Shown: positions 32,301-45,331 of the stretch, one piece after another | Numbering within the stretch: the stretch's first letter is position 1 | Layout: the number at the start of each line of letters is the position of its first letter | Assembly: GCA_051362555.1 (NCBI GenBank) | Contig: CM120641.1 | Location: 32,184,401-32,248,400, forward strand | Source: Lingula anatina | Taxonomy: Eukaryota; Animalia; Brachiopoda | DNA length: 64,000 nt | Reading direction: 5' to 3' | Notes under the pieces: model-generated | Seen by the model: only the letters and a program-made list of their open reading frames with translations | Databases searched by the model: none | What the model was told of the DNA's origin: nothing | Made by a program: the position numbers and the translations under genes

Positions 32301-34081
32301 AATTACAATTTCGTAAAGGAGGTTAGGTCAAAATGCGGCCATATCATTTTTGATATTTTTTAATTAAAACGAACTTTTGGAGCAGCATTCACGATTTGAA
32401 GAATTATAGATACAGCAAATCATCAGAGGAAAGCAAGATTAATGAAATAAGTCGTTAACTGGCAAATGGTCACAAAAGGTGTTTTGCTTGCTTTTCGGAA
32501 CTGAAAACGCAAGGACAGTGTAATGAGCCTATATATACCACTACTGGACACATTTCATCGCAAATATATTAATTGATGCGTCTGTAGGACTCATTTTACT
32601 GGAGTAGTTTTAGATAATTTAAATAGTTGTAACGGAGGTTATATTAGTTAAAAAGCATTCTAAATTACGCCTAAATGTTTGTTCTTCCCAGAAAAGCCGA
32701 GTTGTTCTTGTTGTTTCTTGAGAAGATTTTCAAAAGTAATCCTTCCCATGCTTTAGGCCCAAGGGCCTTGTCCGTTGATCGTTATACGCTTCTATTAAAC
32801 CAATCGAAGGGCCCTTTCCGTGAGCGTTTACCGAATAGTTCTATCGCGCATGGAAACATGCACCGTCTTTGTGCAATATGCCGTGTTTTCATTATGACTC
32901 AATATCAATTGCTCAATGTAACCACCAAAAAGAGAGCTTTTTTTTCAGTGACGCTCCCTTTGTCAAGGACAGGTGTACGATCATAAGATGCCCTTTTCTT
33001 TCTCTGTCGTACTGTATTTGTAAGTCTCATATCTGTTCCCATTTTACAAAACTTTATACATGTGAGTCCACATCTATATGCAATGAAGGTATATCAAAAA
33101 TTAAATTACCCTGAGGAGTAAAATAATTTAACCCACAATTAAACAATGAGACCTATGTAGACCGACAATCGACACGTGTTTGCAAATAGGCCTAGTTGTA
33201 CATAAAAACAGAGGTACTTGATTCAATTCCTTGATAAAACTGATAAAAAATTTCAAGGCATAGTAATTATTTATATAAAATAGTGAAATTGGTATCCACA
33301 AGGCTATTTACTAAATATAATTGTTGCCAGGTTGCTGTCTTTAGAAGGTCCTAGAGCTCTCGGGCAAAAAAGTAGTAGTAGGCCTACCATTTTTGTTGCC
33401 AAGACAGTCCTGAAAACTCCTTATTTTGAATGAAATCAGAAAGATCCAAACCACCGTTCAATTCCAAACAAAAACTAATTTGATAAAAAAAATTTGTCTT
33501 CAACTGTAAAGCACACTTAAGTTACAATCTAAATGATCAGCTTGTCTTTATAGAATTGCTAATGACAAATTATATATTTGTATGAACAGTGGTAGTTTTA
33601 AATTATTTTTATCGGATATGGCTCAAGCACACCACATAAATAAGCTATAAAAGGCGCAAGAGTAAATTTTATTACAATCCCTAAATTTCGGTACGGACGT
33701 TAGCACAACGGAGGTTAGGTGACCACAGGATGCACTTGCTGAACAATTGAAAAGTGTTTTGTATTTTAGAAAGTAGTCGATCTTTTTCCATCAGAAATGA
33801 CGATTAAAACTTTCGAAAGCAACTTTTTTTTTTTTTTTTTTTTTTGCAAATTTTGGTCCGTTACTGTGGTTAGGCTCTGAAATGTGACATATCAACTTTT
33901 GTATAACATTCTGTATTTTTGATTTGAATGACTTTATTGAGAACAAGATTATATACAAGAATTGGTGTGAAGCTACGCATTATCTGTAATGAACAAATAG
34001 CACGATTTTCCTAGATGTATTATGAGTTATAGAAAGGAAAATAAGCATCATGACCTTTTCTTATGTCTACTTGAAAAAAAA

Positions 34082-34342
34082 TACGGAGATTAGGGGTTAC
34101 TGAACGACAAAGTTTTAACTACGCCCCCGTTACTAACAGACGTATCAGAAAAACACCATATATATAGAAAATATGAATGCAAATTAACTGAGGGCAAACA
34201 ATGCTTAAAGATGGAAACATATACACGTTTACTTGTGGCAAATGAGCTATATATACTGATAAAGCGATACGTGGAAATTGTGCTTTTAGCGGCATATAGA
34301 CGCTCGGGTTCCCGTCAAGGAGTGTTCTACAATGTGAATTAT
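34082..34342 (+). repeat. Dispersed repeat, paralogous to ~51400-51722
   Basis: Shared blocks TACGGAG.TTAGGGGTTACTGA and AAGCGA.ACGT.GAAAT.GTGCTTTT.GCGGCATATA.AC.C.CGGG...CCGTCAA. Confidence 0.7.
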
Positions 34343-34619
34343 TGATTTTTGTAGAGCAAACGGAATTCTACCTTAAAACACTAAAAATTAAAATATTCCA
34401 TACACTTTTTCCTGGAAATAGGATGCGGCAGGTATTTTTTCGCGTTCGAGATTGGAAGCCTTTTCGTGGAATAGCTGAATTATCAAAGTCACTAAGCTAT
34501 CAAATTGGATGTCAAATTAAGATGGACGAAGCATTGTTACAAGAACTAATATCTTTACGATCTAGACTACAAATCAAAATCTCATTTACAAGGCGAGTTT
34601 TCAACAGATACCTTTGAGA

Positions 34620-34690
34620 GAGTGACGTAACAATGGGACATTCGCGCAATGCACGCATGATACTACGCCTGTCGCGCTGACGTCAGCCAT
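34620..34690 (+). promoter_or_regulatory. Putative promoter of the unidentified gene, with CRE sites
   Basis: TGACGTAA (34624-34631) and palindromic TGACGTCA (34678-34685) in a CpG-rich patch ~100-150 bp upstream of ATG 34777. Confidence 0.45.
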
Positions 34691-34776
34691 GGCTTCAACG
34701 CAAAGATGGATGCCGCTCACTCCTTGCATGGGCATTTAAATTTCCCATGACTATTGAACAAATGTAGAGAATAGCA

Positions 34777-36042
34777 ATGGGGGTGGTATGGAGCCGTATG
34801 AAACGAAGAGTGGATGTTAACAATAACGATAACGAACACGAGCAAGTTTCCACACCCGGATCGGAAAACCATATTGAAAATGAAGATGCTGACGGCGCCG
34901 ACGTTGCAACAGAAGGAGCCAGTCATACTGCCGCAACTCTTCTCACTCTGAGTAGAAAAAAACCAGCTGTGTGTCTTAGTCGATCTAAAATGAAAGAATA
35001 CCCGTTCTGGAACAGTCCGTTTTTAGAAGATTACAGAGTCAAGAACAAAACCATGCAGATTATTCTTTACGGGTTCCCAAACAGAAACATCGAAGAACTT
35101 TTCTCCGCCCGTGACGTTAAATTTCCTTCGTATTTTCTGAACTTGACCAACCGACCGTTGAGAGTCACGCTGACATCTTTCGGGCCCGAGTTTGAAGTAG
35201 AAGACAATCCCGAGGCCGCAATTCTACGAAAACACGTCCGTTATTTAAATCTCTATTTCGAGCGCCATCCACCCATGAACGGAGAGTTGAAAGTGATAGT
35301 CGAAGAGGTCTGGAGAAGCAATGTTATTTCGAGGAGAAAAAGAAGCAGAGAGATGTTTACTTTGATTCTGCGTGTAGGTATAAACCGTCAGGAACTCTGG
35401 TTAACTGGTAAGTGACTTAGGAAAAAATTATAGTTCATATTGGAAGTTTTCTTACTTCATTCAGGGAATGCAAAATGCAGTTTTATTCAAAGACGATTTA
35501 TCCGGGACGCAATTTTATACGATTCTGTGTTGGACATGGCTCAATTTTCCAGTGATAGCAAGCAAAATTCAGGAACAAGTAACTGTATCGAACTGCTTGA
35601 ACTTATCTTTACCAACATGTAACTTTTTGGATAATTTTTTGTCTAAATGTCGATTAAATTTAAATTGAGAAAATTTTGAAATAGGTAAAGCTGGTTAAAC
35701 ATGAAATGTAAAATTTTTGAACTGGATAAAACTTTCACTGGTGTTTATCATCTGTTGGTGGAACATTGCATATCGTATAAATGTGTTGTGAAGAATAAAA
35801 CTGGCGCTATCATTTATCATCATTTGGTTTGGCCTCTTCCAGGCTTGGACTTCACCCTGATTCTCCGCAATAATCACCCCGACTTTCCTCTGATGAGCAC
35901 TTCTCCGGGAGGGTCCATCTGCTCGGGGACGTACTTCAGGGTGCTGGACACTGGTGCCCCTGCAGGGGACATTTCCTGGAATGTGGATGCACAACCTAAA
36001 CGAGCAGAGGAGGGGGAAAGGTGGGCCTTCAACGTACGATAA
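34777..36042 (+). CDS. Unidentified protein, ~276 aa, 2 exons
   Basis: The 212-aa ORF ends at a consensus donor (ACTG|GTAAGT, exon end 35407) that joins in frame (phase 1) to acceptor CTCTTCCAG|35843 and continues to TAA at 36042. GC/CpG content is well above the flanks. No family recognised. Confidence 0.7.
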
Positions 36043-36340
36043 AGAACAGACTGTACGCGCAAAATGGACCATTTGATAGAACTATTACAAGAAAAAAATA
36101 ATCAGCAGTTTACATGTACTGTTTAAAATTGCACCTTAACACTTATTGTGGATTTGAAAATATTGTAACATATTTATTGTAACGAGGTAAAAAAAATTGA
36201 TTATCATTCCACATACTATACCAGAACCCTTTTCACACTTAGCTGCATCACTTGTAACTGCTACATAAATTTATGGTCATTTAAGATTTATAAAAGTAAA
36301 ATATATGACTTTTTATAAATCACACAAGGCCATTAAAAGT

Positions 36341-39300
36341 TTATTTCTCAGGAAAATCATGTCCGTGCTTTAATACTTGTCTAACATTGACATTAATTCT
36401 GCCAGTCTCGAGCCACTCTCTTAATGGTGCCCATTGCAAGTGGTGCAAATCACGGGCAATTTTTTCATTTACTGTTTTCAGTTTTTCATTTTTGTTTTGA
36501 AGGTCACTTTGAGCTGCACCTTCCTTTGTAACTTCTTGAAGAGATGGAGCAGATATTTCTTGCTCTTTCCCTCTATCTGTGTATATTTGCTCTCTTGAGC
36601 AACTCGATTTTGCTAGTTGAGCATTGTAACAACCTGAACAAATTTCACTGTTATGCCTTTGAACACTTTCACTTTTATGTAGTTTTAGCACCTTGACTTT
36701 CATGTGTGACTGGCAGTTTGAGCACAGAGAATTAGCCGTTTGACCTCTGGCGCCATTGCCTTGTTGATCAGGTCCAGCATTCTGTTTTTGAGGTATATCT
36801 GGAGCATCTATATTTGAAGCAATGTGACATGTCTGTGTTATAGTATTGAGAGAAAGAGAAACTGGCAAGTTGCCACCTTGGGAAACAGTTTTTCCTGCAG
36901 CATCCACAAGGACTGGGAGAGGAGAGTCTAGTTTATCCAGTGTTCCTGGTAGGATTCTTGGCACGGCATGATAAGCCAATCTTGCTGCACCCGACATGAC
37001 CACAACGTCTCCACTGTTGATGTACATGGCCACTGGCTTAACTGACTTGGTCACACCACCCAACAGGAAAATAGCCGATTGACCAAAACTATGGAATGAT
37101 AAATAAAAAAAAAATCATGCAGTTGAGCAAAGAAGTTCATCAGCTGTGTCATGCACTCAAAGTTCTGATGATAGTATCTTCAATCTACAGCAAGTAAAAC
37201 TCAGCGTGATAATCACTCATTCGTTCTATTGATAATGTTACAGTGTTACTCTTTAAAAATTATATATCAATTTGACTACATCTAAAAAAAAATGCTTTAA
37301 CGCTTGTTTAGAAAATGAATGTTTTGTAGAAAAATTGGCTTTTGAAAAGATTAAAACTTAACTATCTACGGAAGGTTAGTTCATCCCTCCAGTAAAAACA
37401 AGAAAGGCAGGGCCTGACAATTATACTCCATGTTAACACACTCAACACATTACAGAAAGGAACAAAAAATTTAAAGTGAGATTCTAATTTTTGTTATTAC
37501 CTGATGGACAGCAGGGGTGCATCATGGTCGAACTCTGAATAGTCCACATGGCCACCCAGCTTGGAGTTCAGGTGGTAGTAATTAACAATGGAGGCTTGGG
37601 CTGTAAAGGCGGGGAAACCCACCCGCTCTGCTATGATACTGGACAGCAAAGACAAGTCCTCAGGAAAGGCTGTGCACTGGTCCTTGTGGTATTTCTGGAA
37701 GAAAAGAAAAATATATATGCTTTTAACTCTCTGAACACTTGATTTGTTACTTCATTGTTAATATATATTGCTGAATCAAATAATGCCATTGCTTCTTTTG
37801 ATATTTCACATAACTGCAAAACATATGCTATAAAAATGTAAATTTCGCATAAACTAAAGATGGGGATTCTGTGCCTTAATAAGTTCATGGGAATTTTGAC
37901 TTCAGTCTTTCAATTTTCTCTTTAGATAGCCTTTGATAATATTTAAAGAGATGTTACATCCTTTTTACAATATTAAATGCCTACTAGAGCAAAGAGTTTA
38001 TGTTTACAAAATGTGAAATTTAAATGCAAGGAATGCACATACATAACCAATCAAGCCACGTACAGTTGTAAGTATAATTAAAAAGGTGTAGTGAAACTGG
38101 GTTTAAGAGTTTGGATGTTGATAAAGGTATAAAAATAGCAAGTTGTCAAAGAGCAAGGGCAATTTGACTATCCAATCATTTCTTTCCAAAACCTCTTGAG
38201 CAGTCTCTTTAACCTAGTCCTCACCTTTTCATTCCAGTCATACTGGTATCCCAATGTTGCCCAATGCAAGTGCTTCATATTACTGTGACTTGGATCTGAT
38301 AAAAAAAATGATTCAAATTACAATATGCACATGTATACAAATTAGTCAGCCTTGTTTTCTACTAAATGTAGTGAAGCATTATAGATAAAATTGACTTTCA
38401 TTTCACTTTATTGTTACAGAGGCCTAATTTAAATCAACCTAAGAAGAGATATCAGAAAGCAATTTCTATACACTCAAACCACATTGTCTTGTATCCAGTC
38501 TTCAATGAAAGTTATATCCTTGCCTTTTACGTGTGTCTCCCACAAATTTTCCTTCCTGTCTTCATCTAAGTGAGCATCAATGTTGGTGTTGTTTGGTTTA
38601 TTATGGTAATTCTCCAGGCACCGTTTTACCCAGTATTTCTGATAGTGAGGTTCAAATGGATTTCTGATGAAGAAGAACCCTACAAGAAATGAAAATACAA
38701 AGATAAATTATAACTGCTTTTACAATGTAAAATACAATACATAGTGGTAAGATTGAATATTTTCCATTTTTACACTAGATCGCAAGATTACTGTATGTCA
38801 CACAAGAAAATCAAATTCATCCAAAATATAAAAATGAATAAAAATTCTTTCATACAAAATCTAACTTCTTAGGAGAGTGTACTTTCTCAATAGATGATAC
38901 ATAATATTATAAGTTAATACATACAAAATATCCCCAAGTTTTCCACTTGAAACCAATCCATTTCAAACAGCATCATTAAGTCAATATACAAGTATTGTTA
39001 CCTGGGTTAGTAGTCAATGTGAAGACCTCCCACTTGTATGTTGGAATAAGTCCTTTTAATGTTAAGTCCTGTCCTGATAAACCACTGTATGGCACTTGGT
39101 CAACCTGATGTAACAGGAAGCAAAATGTCAGTATACATGTATATACTGAATAAAATGTTGTTCACAGCCTAAAGCCAGCCCTTTCTACTTATATTTTTAT
39201 CAACTATAGTTACATTTTATATTAAAAATGAAATAAACTGATTATTCTTAATAAACTACATTCAGAGGTCAAGTTCAAATCCATGTGCCCATGTAGCAAT

Positions 39301-40136
39301 GTTTGGATAAATAGTTGATATATTTGTAGTAGGGCAGTGAAGACATGTTTTTCTACCCCTCTAATCTTTCTTCCTGTTAACTTTCTTTCTAACATGTGTT
39401 CCTGAAAAACATGCATGTTGCCAAAATATGGTGTGTTAAAATTGTATTCTACTGATAACACAAATTATGATGACTTAGAAGTGTAATATGTTATAACTAT
39501 GTTTCAGTGTAGAATAGGCCATTTGTGTGACTACAAATTTGGTGAACATAACATTAAAATCATTTTCATATTGCCCCCTTATTTTAGACTACCCATTATT
39601 TCCAGTAGATTCGTTTACATAATTTTTAAAAATGTGTTTTGAAGTAGCACTTTTAGAAAAAAAAAATCATAATTTGCTGCTTTTCATTCTTGTTTCTCAC
39701 CAAAAATATATATTTTGGCATGACAAATACAATAGCTTTTACTGAAGGACCTGGATGACCATGGCTTATCATCAGTCAATTCAACTACAGTATACAGAGT
39801 TCAATAAACATACCAACAAAAATTCCCCGAGATGTGATAATTGAGGTGCGCATACCCCATCCTACTAGAAAGACACAGGTGCACATAAAAGCTTAACAAA
39901 ATTATTTTAAGAAGAATGAAGACTGTTCAAATTAAGTAAGTAAACATATCGGGCCAATGCATTTCAATGACACTGCCACCACCTACCTCAACACGATTTT
40001 TTGTTTCTCGAAAATCAATGACATCCTTGAAATCAGGAGGAGGTTTTCGTCTCGCATAGTACTTGTACGCTTCCTTGAATAAATCTTTTCCTACCTGATC
40101 AGCAGCGACTGATTGAGACGAAACACATGAATCCAT
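36341..40136 (-). CDS. ALKBH1: Nucleic acid dioxygenase ALKBH1 (Fe(II)/2OG)
   Basis: Exons 39987-40136, 39002-39104, 38524-38679, 38225-38295, 37501-37694, 36341-37088. Motifs [36 protein letters not shown] (HxD), [44 protein letters not shown]. Intron 3 requires a GC donor. Confidence 0.94.
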
Positions 40137-41268
40137 TTTATGTTGCCAGAAATGCTTTCATTATTTTCATTTCCGCTTTTGAAAAGGATACTTGCACGAA
40201 ACCGAATCTACGTTAGCCTAGCCTGTCTTGCTTAAAGGCGACTAACTTATTGCATAGTAGATCTAAGCAACTAAAGGCAGGCAGCTTATTTTTCGAGTTT
40301 TGATGTTGTTCTGCAAAGTTTTTTTTTCAAAACTAATCCAAATTATAAAGATTAAATGAATTTAGAGATAATCGAATGCGGTAGAAAAAACTTTTGGTGG
40401 CATGAGTAAATCTGAGTTAGAAAAATTGAAAACTGAAATATGTACAAGTATGTATGACAGGCCTGCGGCGTTTTTTTATGCTAAAGAATTTGAGCCTCAA
40501 GATAACTAAACATTGAACACAGACAAAAATCCTTCAAATGAATGAGTCAAAATGTCTCATTTGGCAAGTATAAAGTGGCATTTTGCAACTTTTTTTTTTC
40601 ATTTTTCAACTGGTCAGTGCTAATGCATAATAAGATCACTATATATATTATTTCTATTATACTTCTCAAAGATGTACAAAAATACTGGACATTTTCATTC
40701 AAATAAATATTATGGGATCTCCTGGGATACCTAACCTTACATTTGAAACAGAAAGACCCAAAGTTACAAGTTTAATGTATAATTATGCACATTGTATACT
40801 GTACATTTATTAAACTTCCTTTACAGTTGTAATTCTTTCAAAATATTTTGCAGAATATACACAATGAATGTACAACTTCAGCTCGTGTAGAACTTGAATA
40901 AAATCAACAAAATTTTTACTGAAGTAGACAATTATTTTATCAGTTTCACTTTCTATAGAAAAAGGTAAATGTTCACCTTGTTGCTGAATTATATGTTGTA
41001 GTGTAACACAAGCTCCAGTGAAATTTGTTTATCACTAGTATGTGACATGTGACTGTAGAATTCTAAAGTAGCCATTTTTTTGTATTTCCATAAAGTGTAT
41101 CTTCATTCCTTGCAAATTCAAATAAGTTCTTCATGCAGTAATAGATATGTTCCCATATGAACATACCAATATATATATATATAGATACTTCTTACAAGGA
41201 GAGGTATGTATTTAAGATAAATAAACAGATGTACATTTTATTTTCCAAGAGGCTGTTCATTTACATTT

Positions 41269-42757
41269 TCAAGACTTTTCATTGTCATCATTATCATCAC
41301 TGTCAGCTTTCCGGTCCCAGTCCTTCATCTTTGCTCCCATCATAAAATCATCCCTTAACACTTTCCAGGACGGACTTTCTGGCTCTGTAGTAAGGACATC
41401 CAGCTCCATTCTGGCCTGAAATAATCAATTAGAATGTTTTAGTTACCTAAACTAGACACTGCAGAAGGTGCATCTAGAGACATAAAACAAAGATATTTAA
41501 AGAAAAAGATTCAATGACATCCCGACAAGACTGATGGCTGAATGATTTCTTGAATTTTTTTTAACATGAGCCAACTTTTTTCACCTGAACAACAGACATG
41601 GCCCATAAAAAATACCAACTCTTTGAACTATTCACAATCTGTTGTGGTTTTCTGACCAACCATAATTTCAAAACAGTTTCCTGTATCATCACATCTTCCA
41701 TATTTTTTAAAACTTTTTATAACTTCAAAGTTATAATCAACTGAATTAAATTCATTCATCACTGACAGTCTGACATTTTCCTACATGAGTGTAGACGGCA
41801 GCAACAGTCATGACAACAGCATGAAGAAACACAGGTAAACACAAAATATACAGATGTAGCAATACTCTTAAGATAATTGAAAAATAAAAACATTTCTTTA
41901 AATTACAATTAGTAATTTAGCACATTAAACTTTGTTAAATTTTGGAGTCATATCCAACAAAAATGGCAAAAAAGTCTCTTCATATATTCTCCTCTTCAAG
42001 GATACAGTTTGTATGAATGGTTATAGTTGCTGCCAGGTAAAAACCTTTTTTTTTTTTTCACCACAATGCCTTCATTTCTTTAATATGTAAAAAACTAAAT
42101 AATTAGTGAAATCATTACCTTTTTGATGTCCCCTTTCTTGGCCCCTTTACTGGATTCTGTGCCTTTCAGGACATCTAAAAAAGCACCAGGTGTTACAGAC
42201 TTCATCACCTTCTCTCTCTTTCCTTCAGTTGAGCCAGCTTCTTTCAGTTTAACCTCAAGATCCTTTTGTTGTTTCCGTACTGCATTGAAAAGCTGTACAA
42301 CCCCCCTATAAAGAAAATTGACAATGGTTAGGGTTTTACTTACAATGTAGCTAACAAATTTGAGGTTTTTCCATGGAAAAGGTATTATATATATTTATAT
42401 TATATATATTATATATATATATATAATAATTAAATATGTAATTCAGCAGTGAAAGATAATGGTTGAAAATTAAATATTGAGAGTAAACACCTATCAGCCA
42501 ATATCAACATTATGGCAATATTTATCAATATTATCAACACTATTATTTTTTTATCACCTATTTATGTATTTGTTTGAATAAAAATGACATTTTACCTTTG
42601 TGCAATCCTTTGTAAACTTCTCTCTTTTTCTTTTTCCAATATGTCTGGTTTAACCCTGTTCATTTCTTCCCAGAGTCGTTTCTAAAATTGTACATTCAAT
42701 ACATAACCTTCCAATCCATAAAAAGTTTTTTATCACACATTAAAAAAATTAATTAAA

Positions 42758-42794
<37 letters not shown>

Positions 42795-44903
42795 TATCAT
42801 AAAAAAAACGAATAATGATTGTTAAATTACAATTTGATTTTTCCACTCTCCATATTTCGATTACAGAAATACATGAATATTTGCCACTTACTTTTAATTT
42901 TCTTTCTCTGATTTCTGCTTGTTCTTCTCTTATCTTTTCTTTCACTGTTCTAGTAACTGCTTTATTTTTAGAATCCACAGTCAAGTCAGAGTCTACATCA
43001 GTTTTATTTTCAATAGTTCTTTTATTCAGATATATCTGTTTATCTGTTTTTGCTTTAGCAAGGATTACAGGTTTTGACTTTGGTATTTGTTTCTGTAAAA
43101 TTTTTGTCATTGCATCTGCCCATCCTACTGCTGTAGATTTCTTGTCGCCATTTTCCACAAATCCATTGGATTTATTTTCCAGTTCTTCCACTTCTGTTCC
43201 ACTTGGTCCATCATCTGAAAACAAAATAAAATACAACTCTATAATGTGATATTCCTCCAATAACTTCATCCTCCCTGTCTGCTTTAAATGAAAATGAATA
43301 TAAATCAGCTGGATAACAGGATTATGGACCTTTGTTTGCTGTGCCATAATAAAAAAAATGAATGAAGCCCCCAAAAAGCTTTTTTGTTACTATATTAAGA
43401 TGGCAATATCTGCACTGTGTACATGTCTCACAGCATGTCGTAAAAGCACTGCATTATCTGCTTAGCGCGATAACTTATTATGTGTCAAACTTCAAGTTTC
43501 TATGATAATTTAATAATTAAATTATTAAGTGCGTGAAAATCAAGGGGGGGGGGCAACTTTTCACTCATTTCTGTACGTGGCGTATTAAAACAAATCACAG
43601 ACATGGTGCCATTATATTTTAAAATCTTAATGAGAAAGCTCAAGCATTCCAACAGTTTCTTCATATTTAGATATATTGCCATCTTAATTAACTTTTAAAA
43701 TTACACAAAAAAAAAGTACGTGTCGACCAGACGAGAAATTCAATACCAGAACTTGAGGCAAGTTGCAAAGATTGTACAATAGAGTACAGTGCGTTTTCGT
43801 ATGTCAGCAAAATATAATAATCACCACGGGTAATTTTTTACATACTGACTATATAATGCATCGGGGGCCGTAGCGATAGTCCGAAGGTTCAATAGTCCGA
43901 AGGTTCATTGGTCCGAATGTTCACTATAGAACCTTCGGTAGGTATATCACAATCCGCTAGGGGCGCTACAGTCGTAACTGTCCAGTGGCAGTGAAGTGTA
44001 AAACTGAAGTCGGCCTGCTGACAGCTCGCCTATGGCACCCCTTTTTTAAATCTCTCTTTTAGCGCCGCGTTAAAAAAAAACTAATACAAGCCATTAACTA
44101 AATAAGCTGTAAATCAAAGAGTAAAATCCGGTCACGTGATTTTCCCGTGTTGCAGTCTTTGAGAAGTTTCAGTTCAGGGTGTTTGAAGTTTTGCCTCGAC
44201 AAAATGCTCAAAAATGTCAGGGAAGTACTGGTTTCAGTTTTTTAAAATTTATATCGAGTAAAGTTTATGAAATTTGCAATATTATGTAAAAAAATCATGA
44301 AAATTAAACCATGCGAAGTATAGTTTATTTGATGCGCAATATTTATAGTACTTGATCTGCACGGAAGCCATCCCAGCCATGTGCTTGTGCGGTCGCCAAT
44401 TTGGGTTTGTTTCCGGGTCATTAGATTAACATACAGCCATAATTGCCCTAATTGGTCACAAGCAATTTGAGCTGCAGCTACAGCTGAGTGATCACCGCTG
44501 GTCAGTAGTGACAGGTTTTAAGCTGAAAAGTGTGGACACTTTTGGTGCATTTTTGCAGTTAAAAAACTTCAATATCTTTGTTGCTTGTAGGAATATTAAA
44601 AAAATTCCAAGTGATTTCATCCGGTTTTTACATTACCTTTCAGATGATATAAGTATTATAATTTTCTGATCAGTTTGAAAATTTTTCTGATATACCTACC
44701 TTCGGACCAATGAACCCTTGATTAAAAAATCGATAAAAATGTTACCAATTTTCGGACCAATGAACCTTCGGACCAATGAACCTTCGGACTATCGAGACGC
44801 CCCCAATGCATCTACCTGAAGGGTCCACATCACTTTCAATATCTCCATCAGATCCTGAATCGAACGAAACTTTCACGAACGGGTCTGCTGTTTTGCCTGC
44901 CAT
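41269..44903 (-). CDS. RRP15: RRP15-like ribosomal RNA processing protein
   Basis: Exons 44816-44903, 42892-43214, 42596-42681, 42119-42305, 41269-41415. Motifs [51 protein letters not shown]. Confidence 0.93.
43863..44804. mobile_element. Non-autonomous TIR element with 16-bp subterminal repeats (MuDR/foldback-like) in RRP15 intron 1
   Basis: GGGGGC...GCCCCC termini. Arrays of (TA/TG)GTCCGAAGGTTCA inverted at the two ends. 8-bp TSD AATGCATC (43855-43862 and 44805-44812). Confidence 0.85.
43939..44698. mobile_element. Second TIR element nested in the former (760 bp)
   Basis: TIR TAGGTATATCA / TGATATACCTA with flanking duplication CCTTCGG (43932-43938 and 44699-44705). Removal restores the host unit AACCTTCGGACCAATGAACC. 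The exact TIR/TSD split is ambiguous (3, 5 or 7 bp). Confidence 0.7.
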
Positions 44904-45331
44904 GCTGCCGGATGTCAATGTCAATAAAGTAAAGATTTCGAAGGAACAAATTGAATACAAATTGTTAGGAAAACAGCCTTAACCTTTTGAAGTAGCTCTT
45001 TTAAAAAATTGACGAATATGTATTAGATATTTTATTAAGTGTACAAGAAAAAATATATTGTACCCAAAACTATATTTTTTCTTTGTTCTTATTACTATAA
45101 AAAAGGGAAATAAAGCTTGGTTTTCTATACATCCAACATGTCAGCGCCCATGGCGACTGCCTCTTCCTTCACGGCCGTAGAGCATTCGAACAGATTTTTC
45201 TTCAATTTCAGCAATTAAATGTGCTTCTCACATTCTACAAGTAGTGATAAAGCACAGAAAATTATCATCTGGTAAATTACTAAAATCTAATAACTTTAGT
45301 CGAAGTCGTCACACATAAAATCTTACAAGTT
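44904..45331. promoter_or_regulatory. Putative bidirectional promoter between RRP15 and DCAF4
   Basis: Divergent predicted start codons ~430 bp apart; CpG patch with YY1-like CATGGCG at ~45148. Confidence 0.5.

Noticed and set aside
42815-43249. 144-aa plus-strand ORF
   Set aside because: Antisense shadow of RRP15 exon 2.
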